A stretch of 64,000 bases of DNA. Source: an uncultured Lentisphaerota bacterium (GTDB lineage Bacteria > Verrucomicrobiota > Lentisphaeria > Victivallales > UBA1829). The stretch is from positions 31 to 64,030 of the forward strand of contig ONQZ01000005.1 of assembly GCA_900320095.1 (NCBI GenBank), written 5' to 3'. Positions within the stretch are counted from its first letter, which is position 1. Each line of letters begins with the position of its first letter. The notes below the pieces were generated by a model, which was not told the origin of the DNA, searched no databases, and saw only the letters and a list, made by a program, of their open reading frames with translations. A program made the position numbers and the translations under genes. This document shows, one piece after another, positions 31,891 through 40,943 of this stretch.

Positions 31891-33228
31891 ATGTCAAAAT
31901 CCCTGAAAAACAAAATCGACCCCTATATCATCGACGTCATCGGACGCCTCCGCTCCGCCGGATTCGAGACCTATCTCGTCGGCGGCGCGGTCCGCGACAT
32001 CCTGCTCGACCGCACCCCGAAGGACTACGACGTCTCCACCGCCGCCACGCCCGAGGAGGTCCGCCGCGTCTTCCGCGACCGCCACACCCTCATCATCGGC
32101 AAGCGGTTCCGTCTGGTCCACCTCATCCGCGGACGCGACATCACCGAGATCAGCACGTTCCGCAAGCGTCCCGACCAGGAGGACCAGGCCGACCGCCCGA
32201 AACGCTGCGAGAACGCCCCCGAAAACATGATCTTCCACGACAACGCGTTCGGCACCTCGCGCGACGACGCGTTCCGGCGCGATTTCACCGTGAATGCCAT
32301 TTTCTACGATCCCATCGACGACAAACTGGTCGACCACACCGGGCTCGGCGTGAGCGACCTCCGCGACGGCATCGTCCGCACCATCGGCGACCCGGCGCTG
32401 CGGTTCGAGGAGGACCCCGTGCGCGTGCTCCGCGCGATCAAGCTGGTCGGTCAGTACGGGTTCACGATGGAGCCGGAGACGGGGAAAGCCGTGCGCGCCT
32501 CGCTGGACCTGATCCTCCACGCCTCGCCGTCGCGCCTCTCGCTCGAGCTCGAAAAGATCCTCCGCAACTCCTACACAGGATCCATCCTGAAGGCGTTCCA
32601 CGACTACGGGTTCCTGCGCTATTATCTGCCGGACCTCGACGCCGTCTTCGAGACGCCGGAAATGGACTACGCGCTGGAACTGCTCGCGCTCCGCGGCGAA
32701 CGCATCCGGTCCGGCGTCTTCCGCGCCAGCCTCTCCACCGCCGTCGCCATGGTCGCGCTGCCGTTCGCCGAGACCGAACTCGGCCAGACGGGACGCGGCG
32801 GCCTCTGGGATTACTACCTGGGCGTTGAGGGCGACCTCCGCCGCATCATCCTGCGGCTGTTCCATCCGCTCGTCCTGACCCATCGCACCACGTCCGACGC
32901 CGTCAACAACCTTCTCATGCAGCTCCGCTTCAAAACGCACCGGCGTCTGCATTCCTGCGCCGACCGCAAGGGTTATCCCGGCGCGCGCGAATTCGCCATC
33001 ATCCAGAACATCGCTGCCTGGCACATCCCCGATTTCGAGGACAGCTGCCCGCTCCCGGTCCGTTCCTCCGGCGTGCCGAACAAGAAACGCCGCCGCGGGC
33101 ATCGCGGGGGGCGGCGCGGCGGAAACGCAAACGGGAATCCGGACCAGGCGCAGACCGTGCATGCCGCAGCGCAGGCGGCGGAATCCTCCGCACCGGCAAC
33201 CGAACCAGAAAGGGATTTCAACGCATGA
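31891..33228 (+). CDS. pcnB: poly(A) polymerase I / CCA-adding enzyme family nucleotidyltransferase with Arg-rich tail
   Basis: YLVGGAVRDILLDRTPKDYDVSTAATPEEV and GKRFRLVHL are PcnB-type motifs. The C-terminal tail is basic (KKRRRGHRGGRRGG). Confidence 0.75.
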   Translation: MSKSLKNKIDPYIIDVIGRLRSAGFETYLVGGAVRDILLDRTPKDYDVSTAATPEEVRRVFRDRHTLIIGKRFRLVHLIRGRDITEISTFRKRPDQEDQADRPKRCENAPENMIFHDNAFGTSRDDAFRRDFTVNAIFYDPIDDKLVDHTGLGVSDLRDGIVRTIGDPALRFEEDPVRVLRAIKLVGQYGFTMEPETGKAVRASLDLILHASPSRLSLELEKILRNSYTGSILKAFHDYGFLRYYLPDLDAVFETPEMDYALELLALRGERIRSGVFRASLSTAVAMVALPFAETELGQTGRGGLWDYYLGVEGDLRRIILRLFHPLVLTHRTTSDAVNNLLMQLRFKTHRRLHSCADRKGYPGAREFAIIQNIAAWHIPDFEDSCPLPVRSSGVPNKKRRRGHRGGRRGGNANGNPDQAQTVHAAAQAAESSAPATEPERDFNA

Positions 33229-34349
33229 AACACGCATTCTTCACAGCCGTGCTCGCCGGATTTCTGCTGGCGTCCGCGACGATTCTTTCCGCCGCGGAAG
33301 TCGGCGGCATCGTGACCCCGGCCAAGGACCTCGGCAAACTCTCCCTCGTGACCGGGACCGTCCCGAAACCCGCGTCCTCGCTTCAGGTGTTCCTGTTCTT
33401 CGACCCCGCTCTGCCCGGCGCGAAGGATGTCCTCCGCATGGTCGATTCCCTCTACGAGCAGTCGCTCGAAAACAAGGAAAAGCCCGCCTCGTTCTATGCG
33501 ATCTCGCGTTCGAGCAAGGCGCGCACCGCCGCGCTGGAGCTTTCGAAGTTCCGCATGCCCGTCTACGGCGACGACCACGGCGACGTCTACCCCGAATTCG
33601 CCGGGACCGAGGTCGTCATCCCGTTCGTCATCGTGGCGGACGACGGCAAGATCGTTTGGAAGGGCGTGCCGCAGGAACTTGAAACCGTGATCCGGGACCT
33701 CCAGTCCGGCAAGTTCAGTTTCGATTCCCAGCTGAAGCTCGAGGTCATGCACAAGGACCTTCAGAACGCCATCCAGACCGGGCTCTCCTCCGTCATTATC
33801 GCCACCGCCGACAAGATCCTCGCGCTGCGCCCCGACGACCAGATCGCCATCCAGGCGAAGCTGTTCGTCTACGAGAGCACCGGCCGCGTCCGCGAAAACA
33901 ACGCCGCCGTGCAGGCGATCGCCGCGAAGGTGAAGGACAACGCGGACGTGCGCCTGCTCCTGCTCGGCTACTACGAGCGCACCGGCGAGATGGAGAAATT
34001 CTCCGCCGAGCTCAAGGCCGCTTTTAAGGATTTCGCCGCGTCCCCGACCGCGCTGTCCCGCCTGCTCGCCTATTCCTTCGAGCAGACGCCGTTCGGCTGG
34101 CTCCCCGTGCAGGACGTCGTGTCCGCCGCCGCGTCCGTGAAGAAAGCCTTTGCGGGCACCGGCGGCACCGGCGAGGCGTTCTCCTGCGAGTTCTCCGCGC
34201 GCGCCGCCTACCTCGCGCTGGACATCGACGCCGCCATCGCCGACCAGACGCGCGCCGTGTCGCTCTTCAACGGGACCGAGTTCCTCGCCGAGGCGAAGCA
34301 GACGCTTGCTTTCTACCAGAGCGTGAAGGCGCTGAAGGCGAATCCCTGA
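33225..34349 (+). CDS. hypothetical exported protein
   Basis: N-terminal signal-like MKHAFFTAVLAGFLLASATILSA, an ATGA overlap with pcnB, and host-like codon usage. No family was recognised. Confidence 0.55.
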   Translation: MKHAFFTAVLAGFLLASATILSAAEVGGIVTPAKDLGKLSLVTGTVPKPASSLQVFLFFDPALPGAKDVLRMVDSLYEQSLENKEKPASFYAISRSSKARTAALELSKFRMPVYGDDHGDVYPEFAGTEVVIPFVIVADDGKIVWKGVPQELETVIRDLQSGKFSFDSQLKLEVMHKDLQNAIQTGLSSVIIATADKILALRPDDQIAIQAKLFVYESTGRVRENNAAVQAIAAKVKDNADVRLLLLGYYERTGEMEKFSAELKAAFKDFAASPTALSRLLAYSFEQTPFGWLPVQDVVSAAASVKKAFAGTGGTGEAFSCEFSARAAYLALDIDAAIADQTRAVSLFNGTEFLAEAKQTLAFYQSVKALKANP

Positions 34350-34356
34350 CCGCGCC

Positions 34357-35172
34357 ATGAGCACGAAGTTCGTCCTTTTCTCCGACATCCACGAACACGC
34401 GGTCTTTTCGCCGCGCGCCCTGCTCGACAAACGTTTCTTCGGACTCATGAACTCGACGTTCTGCCGGCGCGGTGCATACCGTATGGAGCGCATCGACGCC
34501 GCCGTCCGCGCGATCCTGGATTCCCTGCGGCCTGATCTCGTGGTCTTCACGGGCGACGCCGTCAGCACGTCCGATCCGCGCGAATTCGAGGCGGCGCTGA
34601 AGCAGCTCCGTCCGCTGATCGAATCCGGCATCCCCATCCTGTATGCGCCCGGAAACCACGACCGCTATGTGCGCGACCGCGCCTGCCGCGAGGCGTTCGA
34701 GCGATTCCGCGCCGAGCTCACGAAACACTGTCCCATGACGCTCCCCGGCGTGTACGAAACGCCCGAACTGCGCTTCGCCGTGATCGACTGCGCGCGGCCG
34801 TTCACGCCCGTACTGTCCTGCGGCGAGATGACGCCGGAGACGGCGGATTTCCTGGAACGCGAGGCGGCGAAGGACGATCCGCGTCCGCTCGTCTGCGCGG
34901 GGCATTTCCCGCTTCGCGGCAACGAAAAACTGAAGGCGTTCCGGCACCGTCTGATCCATTATGAACGCGCCGAAGCCCTCCTGAACGCCGGAAAGATCGC
35001 GCTGTCCGTGGCGGGGCATATCCATGCGCCGTTCCAGAAGCTGGATACGCGCGGTTGCGGCGAACTCGTGGTCGGCTCCCTTACGAAAAAAGACATCCTG
35101 CGCGAGATCACGTTCGACAACGGCGTCTTCACCGTGCGCAACCTGACCTCCAATGGTCAACCGTGTAACTGA
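34357..35172 (+). CDS. metallophosphoesterase
   Basis: LFSDIHE, VVFTGDAV, GNHD and GHIH motifs of calcineurin-like phosphoesterases. Confidence 0.8.
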   Translation: MSTKFVLFSDIHEHAVFSPRALLDKRFFGLMNSTFCRRGAYRMERIDAAVRAILDSLRPDLVVFTGDAVSTSDPREFEAALKQLRPLIESGIPILYAPGNHDRYVRDRACREAFERFRAELTKHCPMTLPGVYETPELRFAVIDCARPFTPVLSCGEMTPETADFLEREAAKDDPRPLVCAGHFPLRGNEKLKAFRHRLIHYERAEALLNAGKIALSVAGHIHAPFQKLDTRGCGELVVGSLTKKDILREITFDNGVFTVRNLTSNGQPCN

Positions 35173-35213
35173 TTTTACCTCACACAGTTTCCGTGCCGTA
35201 GCGTAGCACGGCA

Positions 35214-36170
35214 CTACTGCAGTGGAGGACTTGTCCTCCGTGTGTTTCTTTCCCAGAAGACGCCGTCCTCGTAGCCCTGGATCGTTTTGTCGGCGTCCGC
35301 CCGGTGCAGGCGTTCGAGCGCGAGACAGCAGTAGTCGCGGTCCTGTTCGATGGCGGTGAACGCCCGCCCGAGCTTCTTTGCCGTGACGGCGGTCGTGCCG
35401 CTGCCGGAGAAGGGGTCGAACACGATGTCGCCGGGGGCGGTCGAGGCGAGGATGAGCTTCGCGATCAGCTTTTCGGGTTTCTGCGCCGGGTGGTCGGTGT
35501 TTTCCGGCATCGACCAGAAGGGCACCGAGATGTCGTCCCAGAAATTCGAGGCGCCGGTGAGGCGGAATTTCCCGCCGGATTCCTCGCTCCAGTCCTTTGG
35601 ACGGCCGTTCTCGCGGTACGGCGCGATCACCTTGCGTTTCATGCGCACGGCGTCGGAGTGGAAGATCGCGGCGTCTTCCGGCGGCGCGACGGCGTACCAG
35701 ATGTCCTCGCAGGCGTTTTTCCAGTTCGATTCCGAGGCGCGTCCCTTTTCGCGCTGCCACGTGATGCGGTTCCTCACGATGAAGTGCTGCCGCAGGATCT
35801 CGAAACACGCCGCGCTGCACCGCCAGTCGCAGCACAGATACACCGCGCCGCCGGGCCGGACCAGACGCTTCACGAGCGGCATCCAGCTTGCCAGATAGTC
35901 GCGGTAGGCGTCCTCGGATCGGCTGTGGAAGGTGGACAGATTGAACGTCTTCGTGAGGTTGTACGGCGGGTCGAGCAGCGCCATCGCAACGAAGGCGTCC
36001 GGCAGATGCGTCATGATCGCCGTGCAGTCGCCCTGAAACACGCGGTTCGCGGCCTCGTCCGGAGTCAATGCGGCGTCCGGCGCGGGCGTGATTTCCCGCG
36101 CCAGAAGCGCTTTCCGTTCGCCGCTCAGGACGATCGTGCGGTTGTTTTTCGCGCGGACTTTCCCCGCCAT
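35214..36170 (-). CDS. site-specific DNA methyltransferase (N6-adenine/N4-cytosine, beta-class order), apparently orphan
   Basis: Motif IV LLDPPYN lies near the N-terminus and motif I FDPFSGSGTTAV near the C-terminus. No nuclease-like neighbour is present. Confidence 0.85.
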   Translation of the reverse strand: MAGKVRAKNNRTIVLSGERKALLAREITPAPDAALTPDEAANRVFQGDCTAIMTHLPDAFVAMALLDPPYNLTKTFNLSTFHSRSEDAYRDYLASWMPLVKRLVRPGGAVYLCCDWRCSAACFEILRQHFIVRNRITWQREKGRASESNWKNACEDIWYAVAPPEDAAIFHSDAVRMKRKVIAPYRENGRPKDWSEESGGKFRLTGASNFWDDISVPFWSMPENTDHPAQKPEKLIAKLILASTAPGDIVFDPFSGSGTTAVTAKKLGRAFTAIEQDRDYCCLALERLHRADADKTIQGYEDGVFWERNTRRTSPPLQ

Positions 36171-36183
36171 GGTCAGATGCCCG

Positions 36184-38595
36184 TCAGAACTTGAACGGCG
36201 TTTCCTTCACGAAGAAACGGAAGTCCTTGATCCTGCCGTTGGTATTGCGGTCGGTGCGCGGCAGGATGCGGAATCCGCCGACGAGCTTGGATTCGCCCAT
36301 GTCGATCACGACCGAATGCGGCAGCGGGGTCTGCTTCGCGCTCCATTCGGAGTGCCAGAACGTGGATTCCTGCTGGTCGATCAGTTTTTCCGCGCCGTTG
36401 TTCTCGCGGTCGGTCTCCTCGCTGTCGGCGTAGACGATGTTCCAGCCGATGCGGCTGAGGTCCCTGCCGTCGGCGCCGGTCGCGATGAGCTCGGCGGCGG
36501 ACGTCATGGTCGTGCTGCCGCCCTGTTCGCTGAGCGCTTCGAGGCAGATGTAACGGCCCTGGACTAGCTTGTCGAACTTGACCGTCTGCCAGCCGTCGGC
36601 GTTCGGGAGCGTGCCGCGGATCGCGGGCGTCTCGCCTGTGAGGTCGAGGTCCTGGCCGGGCAGGCGGTGTTTGAGCGAGAGATCGGACTGTATCTGGTCG
36701 AGCACGGGCTCCTTCACGCCGCGGAATTCGGGCGTGTCCGTGGGCATGGTGTCGAGGATGATGAACTCATTGTCGCCCTTCTTCAGCCAGCAGCCGGGCA
36801 GGTACAGCGTCTGCTGCGGCCCGATCTTCCAGTAACGGCCGAGGTTGTGGCCGTTGACCCAGACCATGCCCTTGCCGAACTTCGACATGTCGAGGAACGT
36901 GTCGCCGACTTCGTCGAGCTTGATCGTGGTCTTGTACAGCATGGGAGCTTTCTCGTACTGGACGCCCAGGGGCGGGACAGCCGCGCTGACGGGAGTGAAG
37001 TAGTTGGAGTTTGTGACGATTTTTTGCATGAAATCGTAGTCGAACGGAATGCGGAAGACCTGCCAGCCGCGCAGGGCGGTCGCCTTGCCGTCCGCGCCGA
37101 TCACTTCCACGGACTTCGTGATGCCCTTGCGGTCGATGATCGCCTCGCCGTAGTTCACGCGGCCGTTGTTGTCGACGAGGATGTCGAGCCGCACCGCCTT
37201 GTCGAACGCGGGCAGCTTTACGGTGTTCTGGTTCAGGCGGCGGTCGAGGATGGTCTTCAGCGGCTTGCCGTCGAGGAAGAAATGTGCGATGTCGTGCAGC
37301 TCGGTCAGCTTCAGCTGCTGTCCGGATGCGGACGCCGGGAGCGTGGTGCGGTACAGGATCAAGCCGTAGCCGAGGTCGAATTCCTCCATCGGCTTGATCT
37401 CTTCGGATTCGACGGCTTTCCCCAGGCCGGAGAAGAGCGGCGCGGGCCGGCCCGCGCCCACGTTCTGCGCCGGGATCTCAATGAGCGGCTTTGCCTCGGG
37501 GACCTCGGCCAACGTTTCGCCTTCGTTCAGGTAGTTTTTCAGCAGGTCGCGCACGGCGAAGAACTTGTCCGTGGTCCAGCCCGCCTCAGTGATCGGCGCG
37601 TTGTAGTCGTAGGACGCCACCATGGACGAATACGGCGGCGCGTTGGCTCCGCCCCACTGCCCGAACGTGGTCCCGCCGTGCGCCATGTACAGGCTGAACG
37701 AGATGTTGCGGTCCAGCATGTCCTTCAGGCTGCCGATGAACGTCTCCACGCCGCGCGTCTCGTGCGGCTTGCCCCAGTGGTCGAACCAGCCGGTCCAGTA
37801 TTCGCTGCACATGAGCGGGTTGTTCGGGAACTGGCGTTTGAGGTTGCGGAATTCGTTGTCGACGTTGGATCCAGCGCCGAAGTTGATGCACGGGACCACG
37901 CCGTCGACCTTGTAGTTGTTGAAGTTGGAGCCCCAGTCGCAGCGCATGAGCGTGACCTTGTCGAATCCGGCGTTGCGGAGCGTGTCGCGCACGCCCTCCA
38001 TGTAGCTGCCGTCGTTCCCGAAGCACGCGTACTCGTTTTCGACCTGCACGAGGATGATCGGGCCGCCGTTCTGGATCTGGTACGGCGCGAGCCGCTTGCC
38101 GACCTCGGTCAGCCATTCCTGCGTCTGCTGCTTGAAGAGCTCGTCCTTGAACGTGCGGATCTTCAGGTCGTCCTTCTTCAGCAGCCACCAGGGCAGGCCG
38201 CCCATTTCCCACTCGGCGCAGGAGTACGGGCCGGGACGCAGGATGCAGTACATGCCGTTCTCCTGGATCAGCTTCACGAACTCGACGATGTCCTTTTCGC
38301 CCTCGAAATCGAACTTGTCCTTCTCCATCTCGTGGTAATTCCAGAAGAGATAGATGCAGATGGTGTTCATCCCGAGCGCCTTTGTCATCTTGATGCGGTG
38401 GTCCCAATATTCGCGCGGGATGCGCGAATAGTGCAGCTCGCCCGCACGGACCAGGAAGGGCTTGCCGTCCAGCAGGAACGCTTTGTCGCCCGCTTCGAAT
38501 TGGTGCGGTTCGTGCGTCGCGGCACAGGCGGTGAGGAACGGTGCGGCCATTCCGGCACAGCAGAAAAGAGTCTTCAGCATGGTTTTCAGCTTCAT
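36184..38595 (-). CDS. GH35 beta-galactosidase with C-terminal F5/8 type C (discoidin) domain
   Basis: Signal peptide MKLKTMLKTLFCCAGMAAPFLTACA. GH35 blocks are present (GELHYSRIP, NTICIYLFWNYHE, VQVENEY). The C-terminus has a discoidin-like pattern (STFWHSEW...HSVVIDMG...GFRILPR). Start set to ATG 38595. Confidence 0.9.
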   Translation of the reverse strand: MKLKTMLKTLFCCAGMAAPFLTACAATHEPHQFEAGDKAFLLDGKPFLVRAGELHYSRIPREYWDHRIKMTKALGMNTICIYLFWNYHEMEKDKFDFEGEKDIVEFVKLIQENGMYCILRPGPYSCAEWEMGGLPWWLLKKDDLKIRTFKDELFKQQTQEWLTEVGKRLAPYQIQNGGPIILVQVENEYACFGNDGSYMEGVRDTLRNAGFDKVTLMRCDWGSNFNNYKVDGVVPCINFGAGSNVDNEFRNLKRQFPNNPLMCSEYWTGWFDHWGKPHETRGVETFIGSLKDMLDRNISFSLYMAHGGTTFGQWGGANAPPYSSMVASYDYNAPITEAGWTTDKFFAVRDLLKNYLNEGETLAEVPEAKPLIEIPAQNVGAGRPAPLFSGLGKAVESEEIKPMEEFDLGYGLILYRTTLPASASGQQLKLTELHDIAHFFLDGKPLKTILDRRLNQNTVKLPAFDKAVRLDILVDNNGRVNYGEAIIDRKGITKSVEVIGADGKATALRGWQVFRIPFDYDFMQKIVTNSNYFTPVSAAVPPLGVQYEKAPMLYKTTIKLDEVGDTFLDMSKFGKGMVWVNGHNLGRYWKIGPQQTLYLPGCWLKKGDNEFIILDTMPTDTPEFRGVKEPVLDQIQSDLSLKHRLPGQDLDLTGETPAIRGTLPNADGWQTVKFDKLVQGRYICLEALSEQGGSTTMTSAAELIATGADGRDLSRIGWNIVYADSEETDRENNGAEKLIDQQESTFWHSEWSAKQTPLPHSVVIDMGESKLVGGFRILPRTDRNTNGRIKDFRFFVKETPFKF

Positions 38596-38786
38596 GGTTG
38601 GTTGTATCCTGTCGGGGTGGGGGTGAAAGATCATGCGCTCCGGCGCGGTCGCTCCTGTTAGGACGTGCTCGTCCGGGCGCGTATGCGTTTTCAAAACCTA
38701 ATATACACGCCGGAAATGCTTTTTCAAACAGGATTCCGCCGAAAAAGCGGGAAAAAGACGACTGCCCGGAATCATCTTCGGGGGAT

Positions 38787-39320
38787 CTACCTTAACCACC
38801 AGGGTGTGTCGAACGGATCTGAAGCTTTCGTTTTGTTCGCGCAGGTCGTGAAGAACGCGGCGATGTAGAAGACGATCAGAAGCCCTGCTCCGGCGAGAAT
38901 CGACGCGAATCCCAGGACGGGATAAATGTCCGCCGCATAAACGTCAAGCGGAGTGTACCGGATCGCCATCACCGGAAGACCGACAATAAAACCAAGGTGG
39001 TAATAGACGGAACTCTTTGTAATAAAGCATTTGTGATAAGTGAGCAGGAACCAGCAGTACCGCGTCGCATAAAGCCAAAGCGCGAGCAGAAGCGTCGCAT
39101 GGCACAGGCGTTCGTAGAACCGTCCCTTCAGCACGAACAGGAACAGCACGGCGAACACCGGAACGGCGAGCGCGGGAATCAGCAGAAGCAGGCGGTTCAT
39201 GCCTTCCGAGGCACGTTTCACCCGGTCCGGGATGATGAACTGGCACGTGGCGATGCTTTCGACGAGTAACGCTCCTGCAAGGAAGGCAAGCGCTGCCAAT
39301 GCGATCAGTGTGTTGTTCAT
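38787..39320 (-). CDS. hypothetical integral membrane protein
   Basis: About five hydrophobic segments and lower GC than surrounding genes. No family was recognised. Confidence 0.5.
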   Translation of the reverse strand: MNNTLIALAALAFLAGALLVESIATCQFIIPDRVKRASEGMNRLLLLIPALAVPVFAVLFLFVLKGRFYERLCHATLLLALWLYATRYCWFLLTYHKCFITKSSVYYHLGFIVGLPVMAIRYTPLDVYAADIYPVLGFASILAGAGLLIVFYIAAFFTTCANKTKASDPFDTPWWLR

Positions 39321-39359
39321 CTCATCCCCTCGAAAGTATCCCTGCCGCGTTTCAGTCGG

Positions 39360-40304
39360 TCAGGGCTGTTTTTTGCCTTTGCCTTTGTACTCTTCGTACA
39401 GGCCGTCGTACTTGGAAACGAGCAGCACGCCATCGCTGCGGATCGCGAAACGGCAGTCGCCGATGTGGTTCAAGTCCTTGTCTTCGACCAGGACAAACGG
39501 TTCGTCACCGGCCTTTTTGCCTCTGCCATGATAGACGTAGTGGTTGGCGGTGTATTTTGCAGCGGGGGCCGGTTTCTCGGGAAGCTCCGCCGGGAACGCG
39601 CCGTCGTTGAGTTCCGCGTACTCGATGCAGATGATATGGAAGTTGCGGAGGCAGTCGCGGCAGGCGCTGCGTGCGAATTCTTCGGCCGGGCGTCCGGTAC
39701 CCATCGGGATGGAGAAGATCGCCGCCGCGCCGAGCGCGGGGAGCAGTTTCAGCACATTGCGCTGCCAGTGGCGTTCCGCCTGCTGCATCAGGAATAGCAT
39801 GATGCCGACGGCTACCAGGAGCGTGAACTGAAACGGAAGTCGGATTATGAATGCCTTGTTCATGACCAGGAATTCCTGCCAGCGGAAGAAAGTCTCGGCG
39901 GAGGAGAAACTGCTCTTGTGGGCGTTGAGCTGGGAGAGCACGATCCCGGAGTTCATGACGAACAGGAAAATGAGCGACAGGAAAAGCAGGATGTAGGGAT
40001 ACGCGTAAATGGACTTGAAAAGCAGCTTGAGGTTTTCGAGGATCCCGGAGGGAGACAAATTGAAAATATGAAAATGACGGTGGCGGTGATGGTGGTGATG
40101 ATGGTGGTGATGCTTATGCTCGCTGTGCTCGCCGTGCTCGCCGTGCTCGCCGTGTTTGTGCTTGTATTCATCAGGATTGGTGAAAGCAAGGTTGTCGGTC
40201 TTTGCTGCTGCGGCAGCCGTGTTTTCCGCGACAGGCGCAGAGGAAGCCGCCTGCGTGATTTCGGAGGCTTTCGTTTCTTCAGGCTGGTCGGTGTTTTGTG
40301 ACAT
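39360..40304 (-). CDS. hypothetical membrane protein with poly-His tract and H-X9-DG-like C-terminal domain
   Basis: HKHGEHGEHGEHSEHKHHHHHHHHHRHRHFH is followed by ~3 TM segments. The C-terminal ...YVYHGRG...LNHIGDCRFAIRSDGVLLV resembles the H-X9-DG domain common in PVC prepilin-like proteins, with spacing off by one. Confidence 0.55.
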   Translation of the reverse strand: MSQNTDQPEETKASEITQAASSAPVAENTAAAAAKTDNLAFTNPDEYKHKHGEHGEHGEHSEHKHHHHHHHHHRHRHFHIFNLSPSGILENLKLLFKSIYAYPYILLFLSLIFLFVMNSGIVLSQLNAHKSSFSSAETFFRWQEFLVMNKAFIIRLPFQFTLLVAVGIMLFLMQQAERHWQRNVLKLLPALGAAAIFSIPMGTGRPAEEFARSACRDCLRNFHIICIEYAELNDGAFPAELPEKPAPAAKYTANHYVYHGRGKKAGDEPFVLVEDKDLNHIGDCRFAIRSDGVLLVSKYDGLYEEYKGKGKKQP

Positions 40305-40394
40305 GGAGACAACTCCTGATTGCTATGATGTTGTGCGGAAATCTCCCGGAATCCGGCGCCCGCTTTGTGTTTGTTCGAAATATCTTGAAATTAT

Positions 40395-40422
40395 AATATA
40401 GATTGAAAAATGATTTTTGCAA
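40395..40422 (-). promoter_or_regulatory. sigma70-like promoter candidate for the His-rich membrane protein gene
   Basis: On the minus strand: TTGCAA, a 16-nt spacer, then TATATT, in an AT-rich gap ~90 nt upstream of the ATG at 40304. Confidence 0.3.
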
Positions 40423-40493
40423 GAAATGCGAGGCAGAAAACGATCATTTTTCCTGAAAAAAAGACTCAGCAGGAAAACCGCCGGAAACGCTGT

Positions 40494-40943
40494 CTATCCG
40501 CCGATTGCCTGTTCCAGCAGCCAGTCCGCCAGCTCCGGTTCGATCTCGCGCACCGGGACCATCACGAAATCGCGCCGCGCCGCCTCGGGATGCGGCACGG
40601 TCAGGTCTGGCAGACGAATCGTCTCCCGTCCGAACGCAATGATGTCGAGGTCGAGCGTCCGCGACACATGGTGCGCATGGTCGTTCGGACGCCCGTTGTC
40701 CGCCTCGATCCGCTGACAAACTTTGAGTAAATCCGTGGCACTGCCGTCCCAGAACCCGGACAGCGCGGCGTTGAAAAATTCCGGCGCGCCGGGCTCGCAT
40801 CCGACGGGCGCGGTCTGGATCGGAGACGAAAAACGCCGGATGCGGAATCCGGCGTCGGAGAGAGCTTCACAGGCCCGGCGGAAGGCGGCGGGGACGTCCC
40901 CGAGGTTTCCGCCGAGCGCGATGACGCAGAGCGTTTCAGCCAT
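40494..40943 (-). CDS. folK: 2-amino-4-hydroxy-6-hydroxymethyldihydropteridine pyrophosphokinase
   Basis: VIALGGNLGD...LDLDII...VPHP are HPPK motifs. The ATG overlaps the serA stop. The upstream part of track ORF 40494..41432 is out-of-context shadow sequence. Confidence 0.85.
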   Translation of the reverse strand: MAETLCVIALGGNLGDVPAAFRRACEALSDAGFRIRRFSSPIQTAPVGCEPGAPEFFNAALSGFWDGSATDLLKVCQRIEADNGRPNDHAHHVSRTLDLDIIAFGRETIRLPDLTVPHPEAARRDFVMVPVREIEPELADWLLEQAIGG

